A stretch of 64,000 nt of DNA from Spirochaetales bacterium (lineage in GTDB: Bacteria; Spirochaetota; Spirochaetia; JABEVK01): the NCBI GenBank assembly GCA_037142615.1, contig JBAXAI010000016.1:463-64462 (forward strand), read 5' to 3'. The notes below the pieces were generated by a model. It worked only from the letters and a program-made list of their open reading frames with translations. It had not been told where the DNA came from and made no database searches. This document shows, piece by piece, positions 1-9,458 of this stretch. The translations under genes and the position numbers were made by a program. Every line of letters begins with the position of its first letter. Positions within the stretch are counted from its first letter, which is position 1.

Positions 1-34
1 TTCAAGATGGAGAATGGTGACAAAGGAGTGTTGT

Positions 35-955
35 ATGGTTGAAGTGCTTTCCCGCAGGCTCAAGTTCAGTTTTCCCGAAGTGCATCGCGCCGCGTGCCTT
101 TCGGTCGATTTTCAGAGGACCATCCGCATCCCCGACGACGGTCGCGACTATTTTCTGCCGCCAGGTCTGGGAAGCTTTCCACTCGAGCACATGGCCGACC
201 ACGCGAACCGCGTGCCGGAGGCCTGGCGGGAACGCGGTGGCGTCATGATTCCGCTCCACGATAACGAAGCGCTCTGGATGAACTTCGAGACGGGAAACGT
301 GGCGGCCCGGCAGACCAACTACCCGCTGGTGATGAAAGTTGCGGCAGGCAAGATCAACGCCGTCTCGGGAAAAGCGTGGTCGGTGCCTCTGAAACGCCGT
401 CCGCGCCAAGACTATCTGGTGGCCCCGGAACAGCCGTGGCTCGATGGCTTTTGTGTCGAAAAGAACGTCATCCGGCAGTTCGTTGCGGCCCGTTTGGGAG
501 AAGGCATCACAGCCGAGGAACAGCTCACCGGGCAGGCCGAGTGGGGAGGTGTACAACTTCTCGTGGCACCGATGGCACGACCGGCATTTGAACGCCACTT
601 TCCGATGGAACGCGCCAACCGACCGCAAATGATGGAGGCGATGGTCTCGTACTGCCAGGCGGAAGCCGTTGGCGATATGGGACTCGGCCTTGGTGGCCGT
701 ATGCACCAAGAAATCGCCAAAGACCCCTACGACCTCGCCGATTGGGACCAAGAGGCTGCCAGCCGCTGTTTTGTTCACCTGGTGCGTGCCGAAGATTGGA
801 AGACGCTGACCGGCAAGGAGGCGCCGCGGCTTCCCATGGACGTCGCTGACTATCTTGGCAACAAAGGCCCGTGGTACTTGCACCCAGGAACCGGCAAACC
901 CGTCGGGGGGAGCAAGAAACTCGCGGGGTTGAAGACCGTGGAGTCGTTTTTTTAG
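35..955 (+). CDS. conserved hypothetical protein, function unassignable; first gene of a cassette with an RNA ligase and a HIRAN protein
   Basis: ORF track 14..955. AAGGAG at 23-28 lies 6 nt before ATG-35; ATG-14 is the alternative start. Coding-type GC3 bias. Conserved-looking blocks RIPDDGRDYFLPPGLGSFPL, DYLVAPEQPWLDGF and WGGVQLLVAP, but no catalytic motif I can name. Confidence 0.6.
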   Translation: MVEVLSRRLKFSFPEVHRAACLSVDFQRTIRIPDDGRDYFLPPGLGSFPLEHMADHANRVPEAWRERGGVMIPLHDNEALWMNFETGNVAARQTNYPLVMKVAAGKINAVSGKAWSVPLKRRPRQDYLVAPEQPWLDGFCVEKNVIRQFVAARLGEGITAEEQLTGQAEWGGVQLLVAPMARPAFERHFPMERANRPQMMEAMVSYCQAEAVGDMGLGLGGRMHQEIAKDPYDLADWDQEAASRCFVHLVRAEDWKTLTGKEAPRLPMDVADYLGNKGPWYLHPGTGKPVGGSKKLAGLKTVESFF

Positions 956-1021
956 TCGATTGCTTCCAAAATGCACCATTGGCGCAGGCGCTGGCCATAG
1001 ACTGTGCTTGAGGAGGCCACC

Positions 1022-2011
1022 ATGGCCCGAAAACTTGCCAGTTTGCAGAGAATCGCCTCGGTCACCGCTATCGAGGGGGCAGACCTGATTGAGAAGGTCG
1101 GAGTCCTCGGTTGGCATTGCGTCGCCAAAAAGAGTGAGTTCACTCCGGGAGACCTGTGCGTCTACTTCGAAATCGATTCGCTGCTCCCGGAGCGACCGGA
1201 GTTTGAGTTTCTGCGCAAGTCGTCATGGAACTCGGTGCTCAAGAAATTCCGCCTCCGGTCGACCAAGCTGCGCGGGGTACTGAGCCAGGGGCTGGCCCTG
1301 CCCTTGAATATGTTTCCGACTCTGGCCGGGAGGGCCGAGGGTGACGATGTCACCGCGCTGCTGAACGTGGACAAGTTCGAGCCCTCCGTTCCGGCGCACC
1401 TTCAAGGTGTGGCCCGTGCGTTTTCGTGGCCCGTCTCCAAGACCGACGAACCCCGCGTGGAGTCGGAACCGGAGTTGCTGTCCGCGCTTCAGGGCAAACC
1501 GTACTACATCACCGAGAAGCTCGATGGCACCTCGGCCACCTACCTGGTCGAGGGCGGTGAATTCCACGCCTGTTCACGCAACCTGTCGCTCGTCGAATCG
1601 GAAACCAATCTGTACTGGACGACCGCGAGGCAGTTGCGCCTTGAGGAGCTTCTGCGGCAGCACGAAGCCTCGACCGGGCAAAGGTTGGCCATTCAGGGTG
1701 AGATTTGTGGGCCCGGCGTACAGGGCAATCCTCTGCATCTCGATGCAGCCGGGCTGTTTGTGTTCTCGCTGGTCGATGTCGGTTCGCGGTCCCGCCTCAG
1801 CTGGGCCGAAATGGTCGGTTGGTGCCAGACTCACGGGCTCCAGACGGTGCCATTGGTGGAGCTCGACGACGCCTTTACCGCGAACCAGGCCGAGATTATT
1901 GCCCTTTCGGAATCGCGGCCCGGCTCAGAAGGCATCGTCGTAAGATCCCAAGATCAGTCGATCTCGTTCAAGAAAATCAACAACGCCTACCTGCTGAAGC
2001 GGGGCGAGTAA
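1022..2011 (+). CDS. ATP-dependent RNA ligase, DraRnl/NgrRnl (Rnl5, DRB0094-like) type
   Basis: GAGGAGG 5 nt before ATG-1022 (the ORF track starts at GTG-1004). N-terminal module KLASLQRI...GWHCVAKK...GDLCVYFEIDS. Nucleotidyl-lysine motif EKLDGTS (KxDG), then GEICGPGVQGN, SEGIVVRS and SFKKINNAYLLK, as in that ligase family. Confidence 0.8.
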   Translation: MARKLASLQRIASVTAIEGADLIEKVGVLGWHCVAKKSEFTPGDLCVYFEIDSLLPERPEFEFLRKSSWNSVLKKFRLRSTKLRGVLSQGLALPLNMFPTLAGRAEGDDVTALLNVDKFEPSVPAHLQGVARAFSWPVSKTDEPRVESEPELLSALQGKPYYITEKLDGTSATYLVEGGEFHACSRNLSLVESETNLYWTTARQLRLEELLRQHEASTGQRLAIQGEICGPGVQGNPLHLDAAGLFVFSLVDVGSRSRLSWAEMVGWCQTHGLQTVPLVELDDAFTANQAEIIALSESRPGSEGIVVRSQDQSISFKKINNAYLLKRGE

Positions 2012-2024
2012 CAGGAGCACAACG

Positions 2025-2996
2025 ATGGCTACCATCTACATTAGAGGAAACAACGACGCGTGGAAGTTGAGCCTGAGTGCGGCGGGCGTACTCGATTTCG
2101 AGTCCAGTTGCCCAGCCGACGAGGCCCCGAGCGGTTTGGTCCTGCACGAAACGATCACCCCTGACCCGACGCTGGAACCGGCTCGGAACTGGTGGACGGC
2201 TTGGGGCCGGATTCCTCTGCCGCCTGCTGAGGTTTGGAAGACTGCCAACGAGAAGGTGGTCCTGTCCAGTGCGACGCTGAGTTTCCTCACTGGTGCGCCC
2301 GCGCTGAAGGCGGCCATCGATCACGCCGATTCGCTGGCCTTGAGCGATGTGGTCGATCGTTGCCGAACCGGACAGGGGGCGCATGCTCCTCTCCTCAAAT
2401 ACTTGGTGGCACCGCATGCAGCCGCTGCCATCCTCTCAGGTGGCTGGGGCACTTGGAATGAGGCCCCCCAACTGGTGCCACCCGGAAGCCCCGGAGCCTC
2501 GGTCCATCCGCTCCTGGAGGCGCTCGACTTTTCGCCTCTCAAGGCCATCGCCGTGGAGTTGCGGCCGTCGCACCTGCTCACGTCGGTTTTGGCTGGCACC
2601 GGGTTGACGTTACCCGTGGTCGGCCTGAGCTATGCAGACTGGACCCGCGAAGTCGGCGCACCCGCTTTCGACGCCTACCGGAGAACGCAGCGAGACCATT
2701 ACTTCGACCCCGAAAAGCGGCAAGCCCTGGACCAACGGGTGGAGGCTTGGGTGGAATCACTGAAGGTGGTGGTTCAACCCGAACCATGGAACCGCCACGA
2801 TACCAATGCCCTCAAGGTGGTGATCTCGGACGGTCAGGGAGTTCCGTACAAGGCCGGCTATCTGCGCAGATCATTGGCCGCTTTGTTGGCCCCTTGGGTC
2901 GCCGAACCGACGGCGTTGCGGGCCGAACTGGTCAGGTTCTCACCAGGCGGTGGCGAGAACCAGGAGTCGTTAGTGCTGCGAGTAAGGAGCCGATAA
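2025..2996 (+). CDS. HIRAN-domain protein with an uncharacterised ~250-aa N-terminal region
   Basis: AGGAG before ATG-2025, 13 nt after the ligase stop. The C-terminal VVVQPEPWNRHDTNALKVV...YKAGYLRRSLAALLAPWV fits the HIRAN signature (EP-x-N-x-x-D-x-NA). Confidence 0.65.
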   Translation: MATIYIRGNNDAWKLSLSAAGVLDFESSCPADEAPSGLVLHETITPDPTLEPARNWWTAWGRIPLPPAEVWKTANEKVVLSSATLSFLTGAPALKAAIDHADSLALSDVVDRCRTGQGAHAPLLKYLVAPHAAAAILSGGWGTWNEAPQLVPPGSPGASVHPLLEALDFSPLKAIAVELRPSHLLTSVLAGTGLTLPVVGLSYADWTREVGAPAFDAYRRTQRDHYFDPEKRQALDQRVEAWVESLKVVVQPEPWNRHDTNALKVVISDGQGVPYKAGYLRRSLAALLAPWVAEPTALRAELVRFSPGGGENQESLVLRVRSR

Positions 2997-3008
2997 CAAC
3001 GGGGCGTT

Positions 3009-3069
3009 GCGGGGTGTCCCCGCTTGGGGGGTAGGCGGTACCGCGTACTGCCGAGGGGGGTCGCCCCCC
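3009..3069 (+). terminator. two GC-rich hairpins downstream of the HIRAN gene (possible operon end; no U-tract)
   Basis: GCGGGG-TGT-CCCCGC at 3009-3023 and GGGGGG-TCG-CCCCCC at 3055-3069. A TACAAT -10-like hexamer for tkt follows at 3087-3092. Confidence 0.3.
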
Positions 3070-3125
3070 GCCCTTCCCTTCCCGTTCGTTCTTCCTTACA
3101 ATAGACAGCAAACCACGGAGGAACC

Positions 3126-5075
3126 ATGAATCTACCCGCGCTGAAAGCTCTCGGACAGTCCGTCCGCGCCCTGTCGATGGACGGCGTGCAAGCTGCCAAT
3201 TCCGGCCACCCCGGCCTGCCCCTCGGCTTTGCCGACGTCGGAGCCTTGCTGTTTGGCGATGTGCTCAAACACTACCCCGCCCAGTCGCACTGGATCGACC
3301 GCGACCGCTTTGTCCTTTCAGCCGGCCACGGCTCGATGTTTTTGTACTCGCTGCTGCACCTGACGGGCTACAACCTGCCCCTCGACGAGCTCAAGAAGTT
3401 CCGCCAGATCGGCAGCAAGACCCCTGGTCACCCCGAATACGGCTGGACCGACGGCGTCGAGACAACCACCGGCCCCCTGGGCGCCGGCTTTAGCAATGCG
3501 GTGGGTTTCGCGATCGCCGAAACAAAGTTGGCCGCCGAGTTCAACACCCCAGGCCACACCATCGTCGACCACTACACGTACACCATCATGGGTGACGGCT
3601 GTATGATGGAAGGCGTGGCCAGTGAAGCCGCCTCGCTCGCCGGACACCTGGAACTGGGCAAGCTCATCGCGTTCTACGACTCGAACGGCATCACCATCGA
3701 AGGCCACACCGACATCGCCTTCACCGAAGATACCGGAAAGCGCTTCGAGAGCTACGGCTGGCAAGTGCTCAAGGGCAGCGCCTACGACTTCGAAGGCATG
3801 GCCAAGCTCATCGCCGAGGCCAAGAAAGATACCAAGCGCCCCTCGCTCCTCATTTTGACCAGCACCATCGGCTACGGTAGCCCCAACAAGCAGGGTACCC
3901 ACGACGTGCACGGCTCTCCGCTCGGCGCCGACGAGATCAAGCTGACCCGCAAGCAACTGGGAATCCCGGAAGACGAAGCCTTCTATATCAACCCCGAAGC
4001 CGCCAAGTTTGTCGCCAGCCGCACCGCTGACTGGAAAAAATCGTTTGACGCCTGGACCGCCACCTTCGAAGCGTGGGCCAAAGCCAACCCCGAGCTCAAA
4101 AAGAAGTGGGACCAGTTCTTCGCCCCCATCGGCCCGCAACTCGAACTCGTCGAGGAGCCCGACTTCAAGGTGGGCGAGGCCATCGCCACGCGCGCCTCGG
4201 GCGGCAAGAGCCTGCAGGCGTTCGCCAAAGCCCTTCCCCAGCTGTTCGGCGGTTCGGCCGACCTGTCGCCCAGCAACAACACCAACATCCCCTACGGCGA
4301 CTACCAGCCGAAGAACCGCCTGGGACGCACCATGCATTACGGGGTGCGCGAACACGGCATGGGCGGCGTTGTCAACGGCATCAACCTGCACGGCGGTTAC
4401 CGCTGCTTCGGCGCCACCTTCCTGGTGTTTGTCGACTACATGCGCCCCACGGTTCGCCTGGCAGCGCTGATGAACCTGCCCAGCATCCATGTGCTCACCC
4501 ATGACTCGATTTTCGTCGGCGAAGACGGCCCGACACATCAGCCCATCGAGCACGCCGAAAGCCTGCGCATTATTCCCAACGTGCTGGTGCTGCGCCCCGG
4601 CGACGCCCAGGAAGCCTTCCAGGCGTGGAAGCTGGCCTTGGCCCAGACCAAGCGCCCCGCCGTGCTGCTGCTCACCCGCCAGAACCTCAAAACCTACGAA
4701 AAGCCCGCCAACTGGAAGGCGGATTTCGCCAAGGGTGCCTACATTGCTAAGGACAGCGCTGGCAAGCCCGAAACCGTGGTGCTCGCCACCGGCTCGGAAG
4801 TGAACCTGGCTCTGGAGGCCGTAGCCCTGAGCAAGAAGAACGTGCGTGTGGTGAGCATCTCGAGCCGCGAGCTGGTCAAGGAAAACCTGGACCACTACAA
4901 GAAACTGGTGCCCACAGGCGTGCGCGTGGTGGCCGCCGAAGCGGGTGTGACCAGCGGTTGGCTGGGCCTGGCCGACGCGGTGCTGGGACTGGACCGCTTC
5001 GGCGAGTCGGGACCGGCACCCGCCGTGGCCAAACACCTGGGACTCACCGCCGAAGCGTTGGCCGCGTTGTTTTAA
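3126..5075 (+). CDS. tkt: transketolase
   Basis: GGAGG before the ATG. ANSGHPGLPLG near the N-terminus and the TPP-family motif LTHDSIFVGEDGPTHQPIEH. 649 aa, a typical length. Confidence 0.95.
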   Translation: MNLPALKALGQSVRALSMDGVQAANSGHPGLPLGFADVGALLFGDVLKHYPAQSHWIDRDRFVLSAGHGSMFLYSLLHLTGYNLPLDELKKFRQIGSKTPGHPEYGWTDGVETTTGPLGAGFSNAVGFAIAETKLAAEFNTPGHTIVDHYTYTIMGDGCMMEGVASEAASLAGHLELGKLIAFYDSNGITIEGHTDIAFTEDTGKRFESYGWQVLKGSAYDFEGMAKLIAEAKKDTKRPSLLILTSTIGYGSPNKQGTHDVHGSPLGADEIKLTRKQLGIPEDEAFYINPEAAKFVASRTADWKKSFDAWTATFEAWAKANPELKKKWDQFFAPIGPQLELVEEPDFKVGEAIATRASGGKSLQAFAKALPQLFGGSADLSPSNNTNIPYGDYQPKNRLGRTMHYGVREHGMGGVVNGINLHGGYRCFGATFLVFVDYMRPTVRLAALMNLPSIHVLTHDSIFVGEDGPTHQPIEHAESLRIIPNVLVLRPGDAQEAFQAWKLALAQTKRPAVLLLTRQNLKTYEKPANWKADFAKGAYIAKDSAGKPETVVLATGSEVNLALEAVALSKKNVRVVSISSRELVKENLDHYKKLVPTGVRVVAAEAGVTSGWLGLADAVLGLDRFGESGPAPAVAKHLGLTAEALAALF

Positions 5076-5095
5076 CTCGTTATGCTGAAATGAAA

Positions 5096-5125
5096 AGAGG
5101 CGACCTTCGGGTCGCCTCTTTTTTT
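5096..5125 (+). terminator. rho-independent terminator after tkt, flanked by A- and T-runs (possibly bidirectional for the convergent gene)
   Basis: AGAGGCGAC-cttcgg-GTCGCCTCT (9-bp stem) followed by T7 and preceded by AAAA. Confidence 0.8.
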
Positions 5126-5163
5126 GCCCCCAGCAGAGGGTTGATGGCGGGGTATCAGCCCGG

Positions 5164-6984
5164 TCAGTTCTGGGGAGGGAGCAGATTGATCACCAACTCC
5201 TCTTGATCCTCGCGGTGCTTCACCTTCACGTAGAGCGTCTGTGTCGAGGCGCTGTAGTACCAGCCGTCGGTGTAGCTCTGGAACTGCGGGTCGGTGCGCC
5301 AGCGGATGCCGTGCAACAGAATACTGTCAAAGGGTTGCACCCCCACGATCACAAGCGACTCGGCCGACCCCGTGGGGAACTGGAAGGTGAACTTGAGCTG
5401 AAGAGAGGCCGAAGTCTGGCTGACCAGCGGTAGCGCTGAGCGGACAAAGGCACCCGTGGAAAGTCCTGCCGCCTTGGTAAGCACCTGTTCCGGCGAACCG
5501 GTAGCCAAGAGTCCGCTGTAGAGATCCTCTGGGTAGAACCCGCCTTCGGTGCGGTCGGCCTGGCCCGGGGTGAGGATCAGGACCTCGGGAATGCGCGACA
5601 AGGCATCTTGCTCGGTGAGGGCCGAAAGGACGAGCTGGGAGCCAATGGCCTGCCACTGGTCGGTATTGACGTTCGAGGTTTGATCGAGCAGCAACTGGCC
5701 GAAAATCAGGCCCGACTTGAGGTCATGGTAACCTTCGGCGGTGGCGACAAACAGCTGGCCCTCGTGGCGAATGACACGTCCGATCAATTGGGTCACCACC
5801 TGAGTCACGCGGTCCGAGGTATCGAGGGTGGAATCGGCTGCCCTCAGACTGCCAAGGTTGGCCAGGAAACCGACCAGATCGGCGGTCTTGGTGGGAAGTT
5901 CGCCGGTCTGCAAAAGCTTTTGCAGGCGTGCCGCAGCCCCGTCGGGCCCATAGTAGCGGGCGTCGAGCCACAACCGCAGCCCTCCGGCCCAGTCGGGAGG
6001 CGACGCCAAGGTGAGGCTCTCTACCGTGCGACGCTGGGCTTGAGTCACTTCCATCAGGTTGCCCAGAAACGGCAGGGCGTCGTAGTTCCAGGGGGTGGGG
6101 TTGTCGGCGAGCAACGACTGAAGCCGGGCAAGAACCGCCGGATACGTGCCTCGAGCCAGAGCTTCGCGAGCCCAGGCCGCCGCCAAGCGCGACGAGAAGC
6201 GTACCGAGCCGTCGGCCATCAACCAGCCACCGCGGGCCGTCTTGAGCCGCGTGTCTCCCCACGACTTCCAGGCGCGTTCCAGGTACTGGCTCAAAGCATC
6301 GCGAGCCTGGGTGACGACTCCGGGGCCGGCGCCTTGGACCAGCCACTGGTACACGGGGCTAACGCCCTCTGGCAGCCCTTCCAGGCGGATGGGCCGCAGG
6401 GTGGGGGTTCCTGCTGGGGACCTTCGCACCCCCAGAATGAACGTGTTGTCGGGCTCGACACGGTCGAGCGCTCCATCGAGTGACGCCAAAAACTTCTGCG
6501 AACCCCGGGTAATGACGACGAGAGGCAAACTGGCATTGCGTTCGACGCGGGCCCCGCCCTCGCCGGCGAAAGGAACGTGGACGGCGGTCGCGGTTATGTC
6601 GGCCGGTAAGGCCACTTTCAGCAGAAGGATGCCTCCGCCTGTGCCGGTTTTTTCGAGGCTCAGGACGATGCCGGTTTCAAACTGGACCACCAGGTTGCCG
6701 TCCTTCCAAGCCCACTTGGTGGGCCTCACCTTCTTGGTGGTCCCGTCAGCAAACACCAGCGCCAGCGTTCGCGACGAACTGAACGGCAGTTCCAGGCCGC
6801 GGCCATGGAGCGAAAGGTCTACAGGTTCACCGGTTTCGGAGGTCTTGCCCGACACGGTCATGTCGCCCAACGACTGGCTGAAAGAATCGCTCTTTTTGGA
6901 AAACTGGAAGACCACAAGCCCGAAGATGATTCCCAGATACAACACGGGCAAGAAGACGTACAGCCAGGGTCGGGTTTTCCGCAT
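5164..6984 (-). CDS. membrane-anchored hypothetical protein (606 aa)
   Basis: The 5164..7224 ORF is trimmed to ATG-6984 (MRKTRPWLYVFLPVLYLGIIFGLVVF, a single N-terminal TM helix). The upstream extension is Gly/Thr low-complexity and overlaps the divergent gene. No recognisable domain. Confidence 0.6.
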   Translation of the reverse strand: MRKTRPWLYVFLPVLYLGIIFGLVVFQFSKKSDSFSQSLGDMTVSGKTSETGEPVDLSLHGRGLELPFSSSRTLALVFADGTTKKVRPTKWAWKDGNLVVQFETGIVLSLEKTGTGGGILLLKVALPADITATAVHVPFAGEGGARVERNASLPLVVITRGSQKFLASLDGALDRVEPDNTFILGVRRSPAGTPTLRPIRLEGLPEGVSPVYQWLVQGAGPGVVTQARDALSQYLERAWKSWGDTRLKTARGGWLMADGSVRFSSRLAAAWAREALARGTYPAVLARLQSLLADNPTPWNYDALPFLGNLMEVTQAQRRTVESLTLASPPDWAGGLRLWLDARYYGPDGAAARLQKLLQTGELPTKTADLVGFLANLGSLRAADSTLDTSDRVTQVVTQLIGRVIRHEGQLFVATAEGYHDLKSGLIFGQLLLDQTSNVNTDQWQAIGSQLVLSALTEQDALSRIPEVLILTPGQADRTEGGFYPEDLYSGLLATGSPEQVLTKAAGLSTGAFVRSALPLVSQTSASLQLKFTFQFPTGSAESLVIVGVQPFDSILLHGIRWRTDPQFQSYTDGWYYSASTQTLYVKVKHREDQEELVINLLPPQN

Positions 6985-7045
6985 GCGGCATTTTAGCCAC
7001 AAGCCCGCGAAATGGCAACCTTGTCGAACCCGAGGTCGTTCCGCT

Positions 7046-8470
7046 ATGATGGGCCCCATGCTCCGTCTTTGGCCTTGTGCCGTTGCTCTTTTGCTTGCCG
7101 CGTGTGCTACAGCCCCCCCGCCTCCTCCTGTGATTTCACCCCCCCCGCCTTCGGTTGAGGTCACGCCCCCGGCAGTGGTTTCCCCGCCCCCGGTCACGAC
7201 GCCCACCGTCGTCGAAGCGGCCACCCAGGACTACCAGGGCGTCGCCGACGCTCCCAAAATCCTGGAGAAGATCCAGCAGTCGGGGAAGGACCTTTCGACG
7301 ATGACGGCCGCCGATCAGGGGCTGTACGGCAACCTGCTGTTGGCCTCGGGAAAGTACGACGACGCGGCCAAGGTGTTTCGCAACCTGCTCACCCTCGACG
7401 TCGTCAACAAGGACGCGCTCACCGCTTTGGCGCTTCTGGCCGGGCTGGAGGGCGACACCAACGCCCAGAAAACCTTCATCGACCTTTTGGTGGCCAGCTA
7501 CCCAGGTGACAGCGAAGTGCTCAACCTCCAGGCCCAAAATTCCTTCTCACGGGGCGACGCGGCCTCGGCCAAGGCCGCCTGGGACGCCTCGCTGCAACTG
7601 CGGCCTTCGGCCGACGCGCTGGTGGGGCTGGCGATGCTTTCGTTGCAAGCCCGCAAAGCCAAAGACGCGGTCGGTCTGCTCGATCGTGCCGAGGCGCTGA
7701 GCAAGAACAACGACCTGCTCTACAGTCTGCGCTCGCAGGCCCACTCGGCGCTGGGCGAATATGTGATGGCCGAAACCGACGTGAGTCGCGCGTTGGCCCT
7801 GATGCCCGACAATCCATGGTATTTGCTCGACCGTGCCCGCCTGGGCTGGCTGAACCTGCAAAAGCCCGTGCAGGCGCTGGCCGATGCCGAGAACGCTTTG
7901 GCGCTCGACCCGACGTTGTTTTACGCGTGGGAGTACAAGGCCGAAATCCTGGAGTCGCAAGGCAAAGCCAAAGAGGCCTACGAAGCCTACCGCAAGGCTC
8001 TGGCCCTCGAAAAAGACTTCCGCTTCAGCTACCCGGCCGTGTCGGTGCTGGCCTTCCGCTTTCAAGACTTTCCCCAGGCGATGAAGTACGCCCACGAAGC
8101 GGCCAAAGACTACCCGGGGGAGTACGCGTTCCCGGTGATTGAAGCGTTGTCGCTCCGGTTCCTGAACCGCGCCGCCGACGCCCAAACCGTGCTCGAAAAA
8201 AACCAGGCGCGCTTCCCCAAAGGGACGACGGTGAACGAACTCTACCGGTTCCTGCTGACACCCGAAAACGACTTCTACCTCAATGCTGCACTCACACAGG
8301 AAAAGAAGGAAAACATCCGGGTTCGCGTTCAGTTCTATCAGGCTTGCCAGTACGTGCTGTTGAAGGCATACTCGTCGGCAAGGGCCGGTTTCGAAGCGGC
8401 CAGCGAGAGTCGTTTGCCGGGCATCCCTGAAATCGCCGCGGCCCGGGATTGGTTGGACCATGGATTCTGA
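7046..8470 (+). CDS. TPR-repeat lipoprotein with a Pro-rich linker
   Basis: The 6146..8470 ORF is trimmed to ATG-7046; 7049 and 7058 are also possible. Signal peptide with lipobox LLLAAC, then a PPPPP-rich linker, then multiple TPR-like repeats (e.g. AWEYKAEILESQGKAKEAYEAYRKALALE). Confidence 0.7.
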   Translation: MMGPMLRLWPCAVALLLAACATAPPPPPVISPPPPSVEVTPPAVVSPPPVTTPTVVEAATQDYQGVADAPKILEKIQQSGKDLSTMTAADQGLYGNLLLASGKYDDAAKVFRNLLTLDVVNKDALTALALLAGLEGDTNAQKTFIDLLVASYPGDSEVLNLQAQNSFSRGDAASAKAAWDASLQLRPSADALVGLAMLSLQARKAKDAVGLLDRAEALSKNNDLLYSLRSQAHSALGEYVMAETDVSRALALMPDNPWYLLDRARLGWLNLQKPVQALADAENALALDPTLFYAWEYKAEILESQGKAKEAYEAYRKALALEKDFRFSYPAVSVLAFRFQDFPQAMKYAHEAAKDYPGEYAFPVIEALSLRFLNRAADAQTVLEKNQARFPKGTTVNELYRFLLTPENDFYLNAALTQEKKENIRVRVQFYQACQYVLLKAYSSARAGFEAASESRLPGIPEIAAARDWLDHGF

Positions 8471-9458
8471 GTTACCGGCCGAAAGGTCGTTTGATGCCCT
8501 GTTGTTGAACCTGCAAGTCGGGAGCCGCATTCTTCTCCAGACCCATGATTTTCCGGATTTTGACGCCATTGCCTCGGCCTACGGCCTCTTCTGCCTGTTT
8601 GAGACCTACGGTTTGCCCTCGACCATCGTGTATGGCGAAGAAATCCAGGGCTTTTCGCTGGGCGAAACCATCCGAACTCTCAAGATTCCCGTGACCCGCA
8701 TGAAAGACCTGATTAGCCGCGACGACGACCAAATCATCGTGGTCGACAGTTGCCCGGGGAACAAAAACGTCACACTGCTGCCGCGTGGCACCATCAAAGC
8801 GGTGATCGACCATCACCCGCTGCCAAGCCAACCCGTGGCCACCTCGTACTGCGACATCCGCGAAGGCTATGGTTCCTGTTCCACGATGATTTACGAGTAC
8901 TACGCGGGTTCCAGTTTTCAGCCTTCTAAGACCACCGCCACGGCCCTGCTGATGGGCATCATGATGGACACCAACTACCTGACGCGCGGGGTGGGTCCGG
9001 CCGACTTGGAAGCCTTCACGGGGCTCTACTTCAAGGCCGATTGGATCACCGGGAACTACCTGCTCAACAATTCCCTTTCGGTGCGCAACGTGCCGATTTT
9101 CCAGGAAGGCTTCGAGCACATGCGGGTGTACAAGGGCTTCTGCTTCACCTTCATCAGCAAAGAGACCGACAGTGACACCATCGCCGTGATGGCCGACGAC
9201 TATCTGCGCTTCCACGAGGTGGCCTTCAGCGTGGTCTGCGGACTGAATCAGGGCGAACTGAAAATTTCGGTGCGCAGTGAGGACCCCGGCTTGGCCGCCA
9301 GCAAGGTGGTGCGCCGCGCCCTCGACGGCATCGGCTTCGGCGGAGGCCACGTTCACATGGGCGGCGGCACCGTCCACCTGACCAACTTTCACGGACCCGA
9401 CGACCTATACGAGCGCTTCCGCGCTGCGATCGATCACTACATCCACGAGGCCACCTGA
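8460..9458 (+). CDS. DHH/DHHA1-family phosphoesterase (NrnA-like)
   Basis: Motifs HDFPDFDAIASA, VIDHHP and C-terminal GFGGGHVHMGGG. The start overlaps the TPR gene by 11 nt. Confidence 0.8.
   Translation: MDSELPAERSFDALLLNLQVGSRILLQTHDFPDFDAIASAYGLFCLFETYGLPSTIVYGEEIQGFSLGETIRTLKIPVTRMKDLISRDDDQIIVVDSCPGNKNVTLLPRGTIKAVIDHHPLPSQPVATSYCDIREGYGSCSTMIYEYYAGSSFQPSKTTATALLMGIMMDTNYLTRGVGPADLEAFTGLYFKADWITGNYLLNNSLSVRNVPIFQEGFEHMRVYKGFCFTFISKETDSDTIAVMADDYLRFHEVAFSVVCGLNQGELKISVRSEDPGLAASKVVRRALDGIGFGGGHVHMGGGTVHLTNFHGPDDLYERFRAAIDHYIHEAT

Noticed and set aside
3318-5036. Long antisense ORFs opposite well-supported genes. This 572-aa ORF lies opposite tkt. Similar cases are 2..1117, 8472..9392, 9437..10378, 14324..15583, 16972..18150, 19419..20576, 23040..24890, 25374..26621, 38427..39533, 46951..48942, 56209..57282, 60472..61614 and 62251..63234.
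   Set aside because: Their translations are Gly/Arg/Ala/Val/His-rich with no motifs. Each lies opposite a gene with clear family signatures. Such shadow ORFs are expected in GC-rich DNA because stop codons are rare.
6985-7224. N-terminal extensions offered by the ORF track. Examples are 5164..7224, 6146..8470, 13049..17248, 31869..33761, 33101..34549, 40350..41546, 49493..51229 and 59681..61567.
   Set aside because: The extensions are low-complexity Arg/Pro/Gly sequence that overlaps the neighbouring real gene. In each case an internal ATG with an RBS or an ATGA stop/start overlap begins the recognisable protein.
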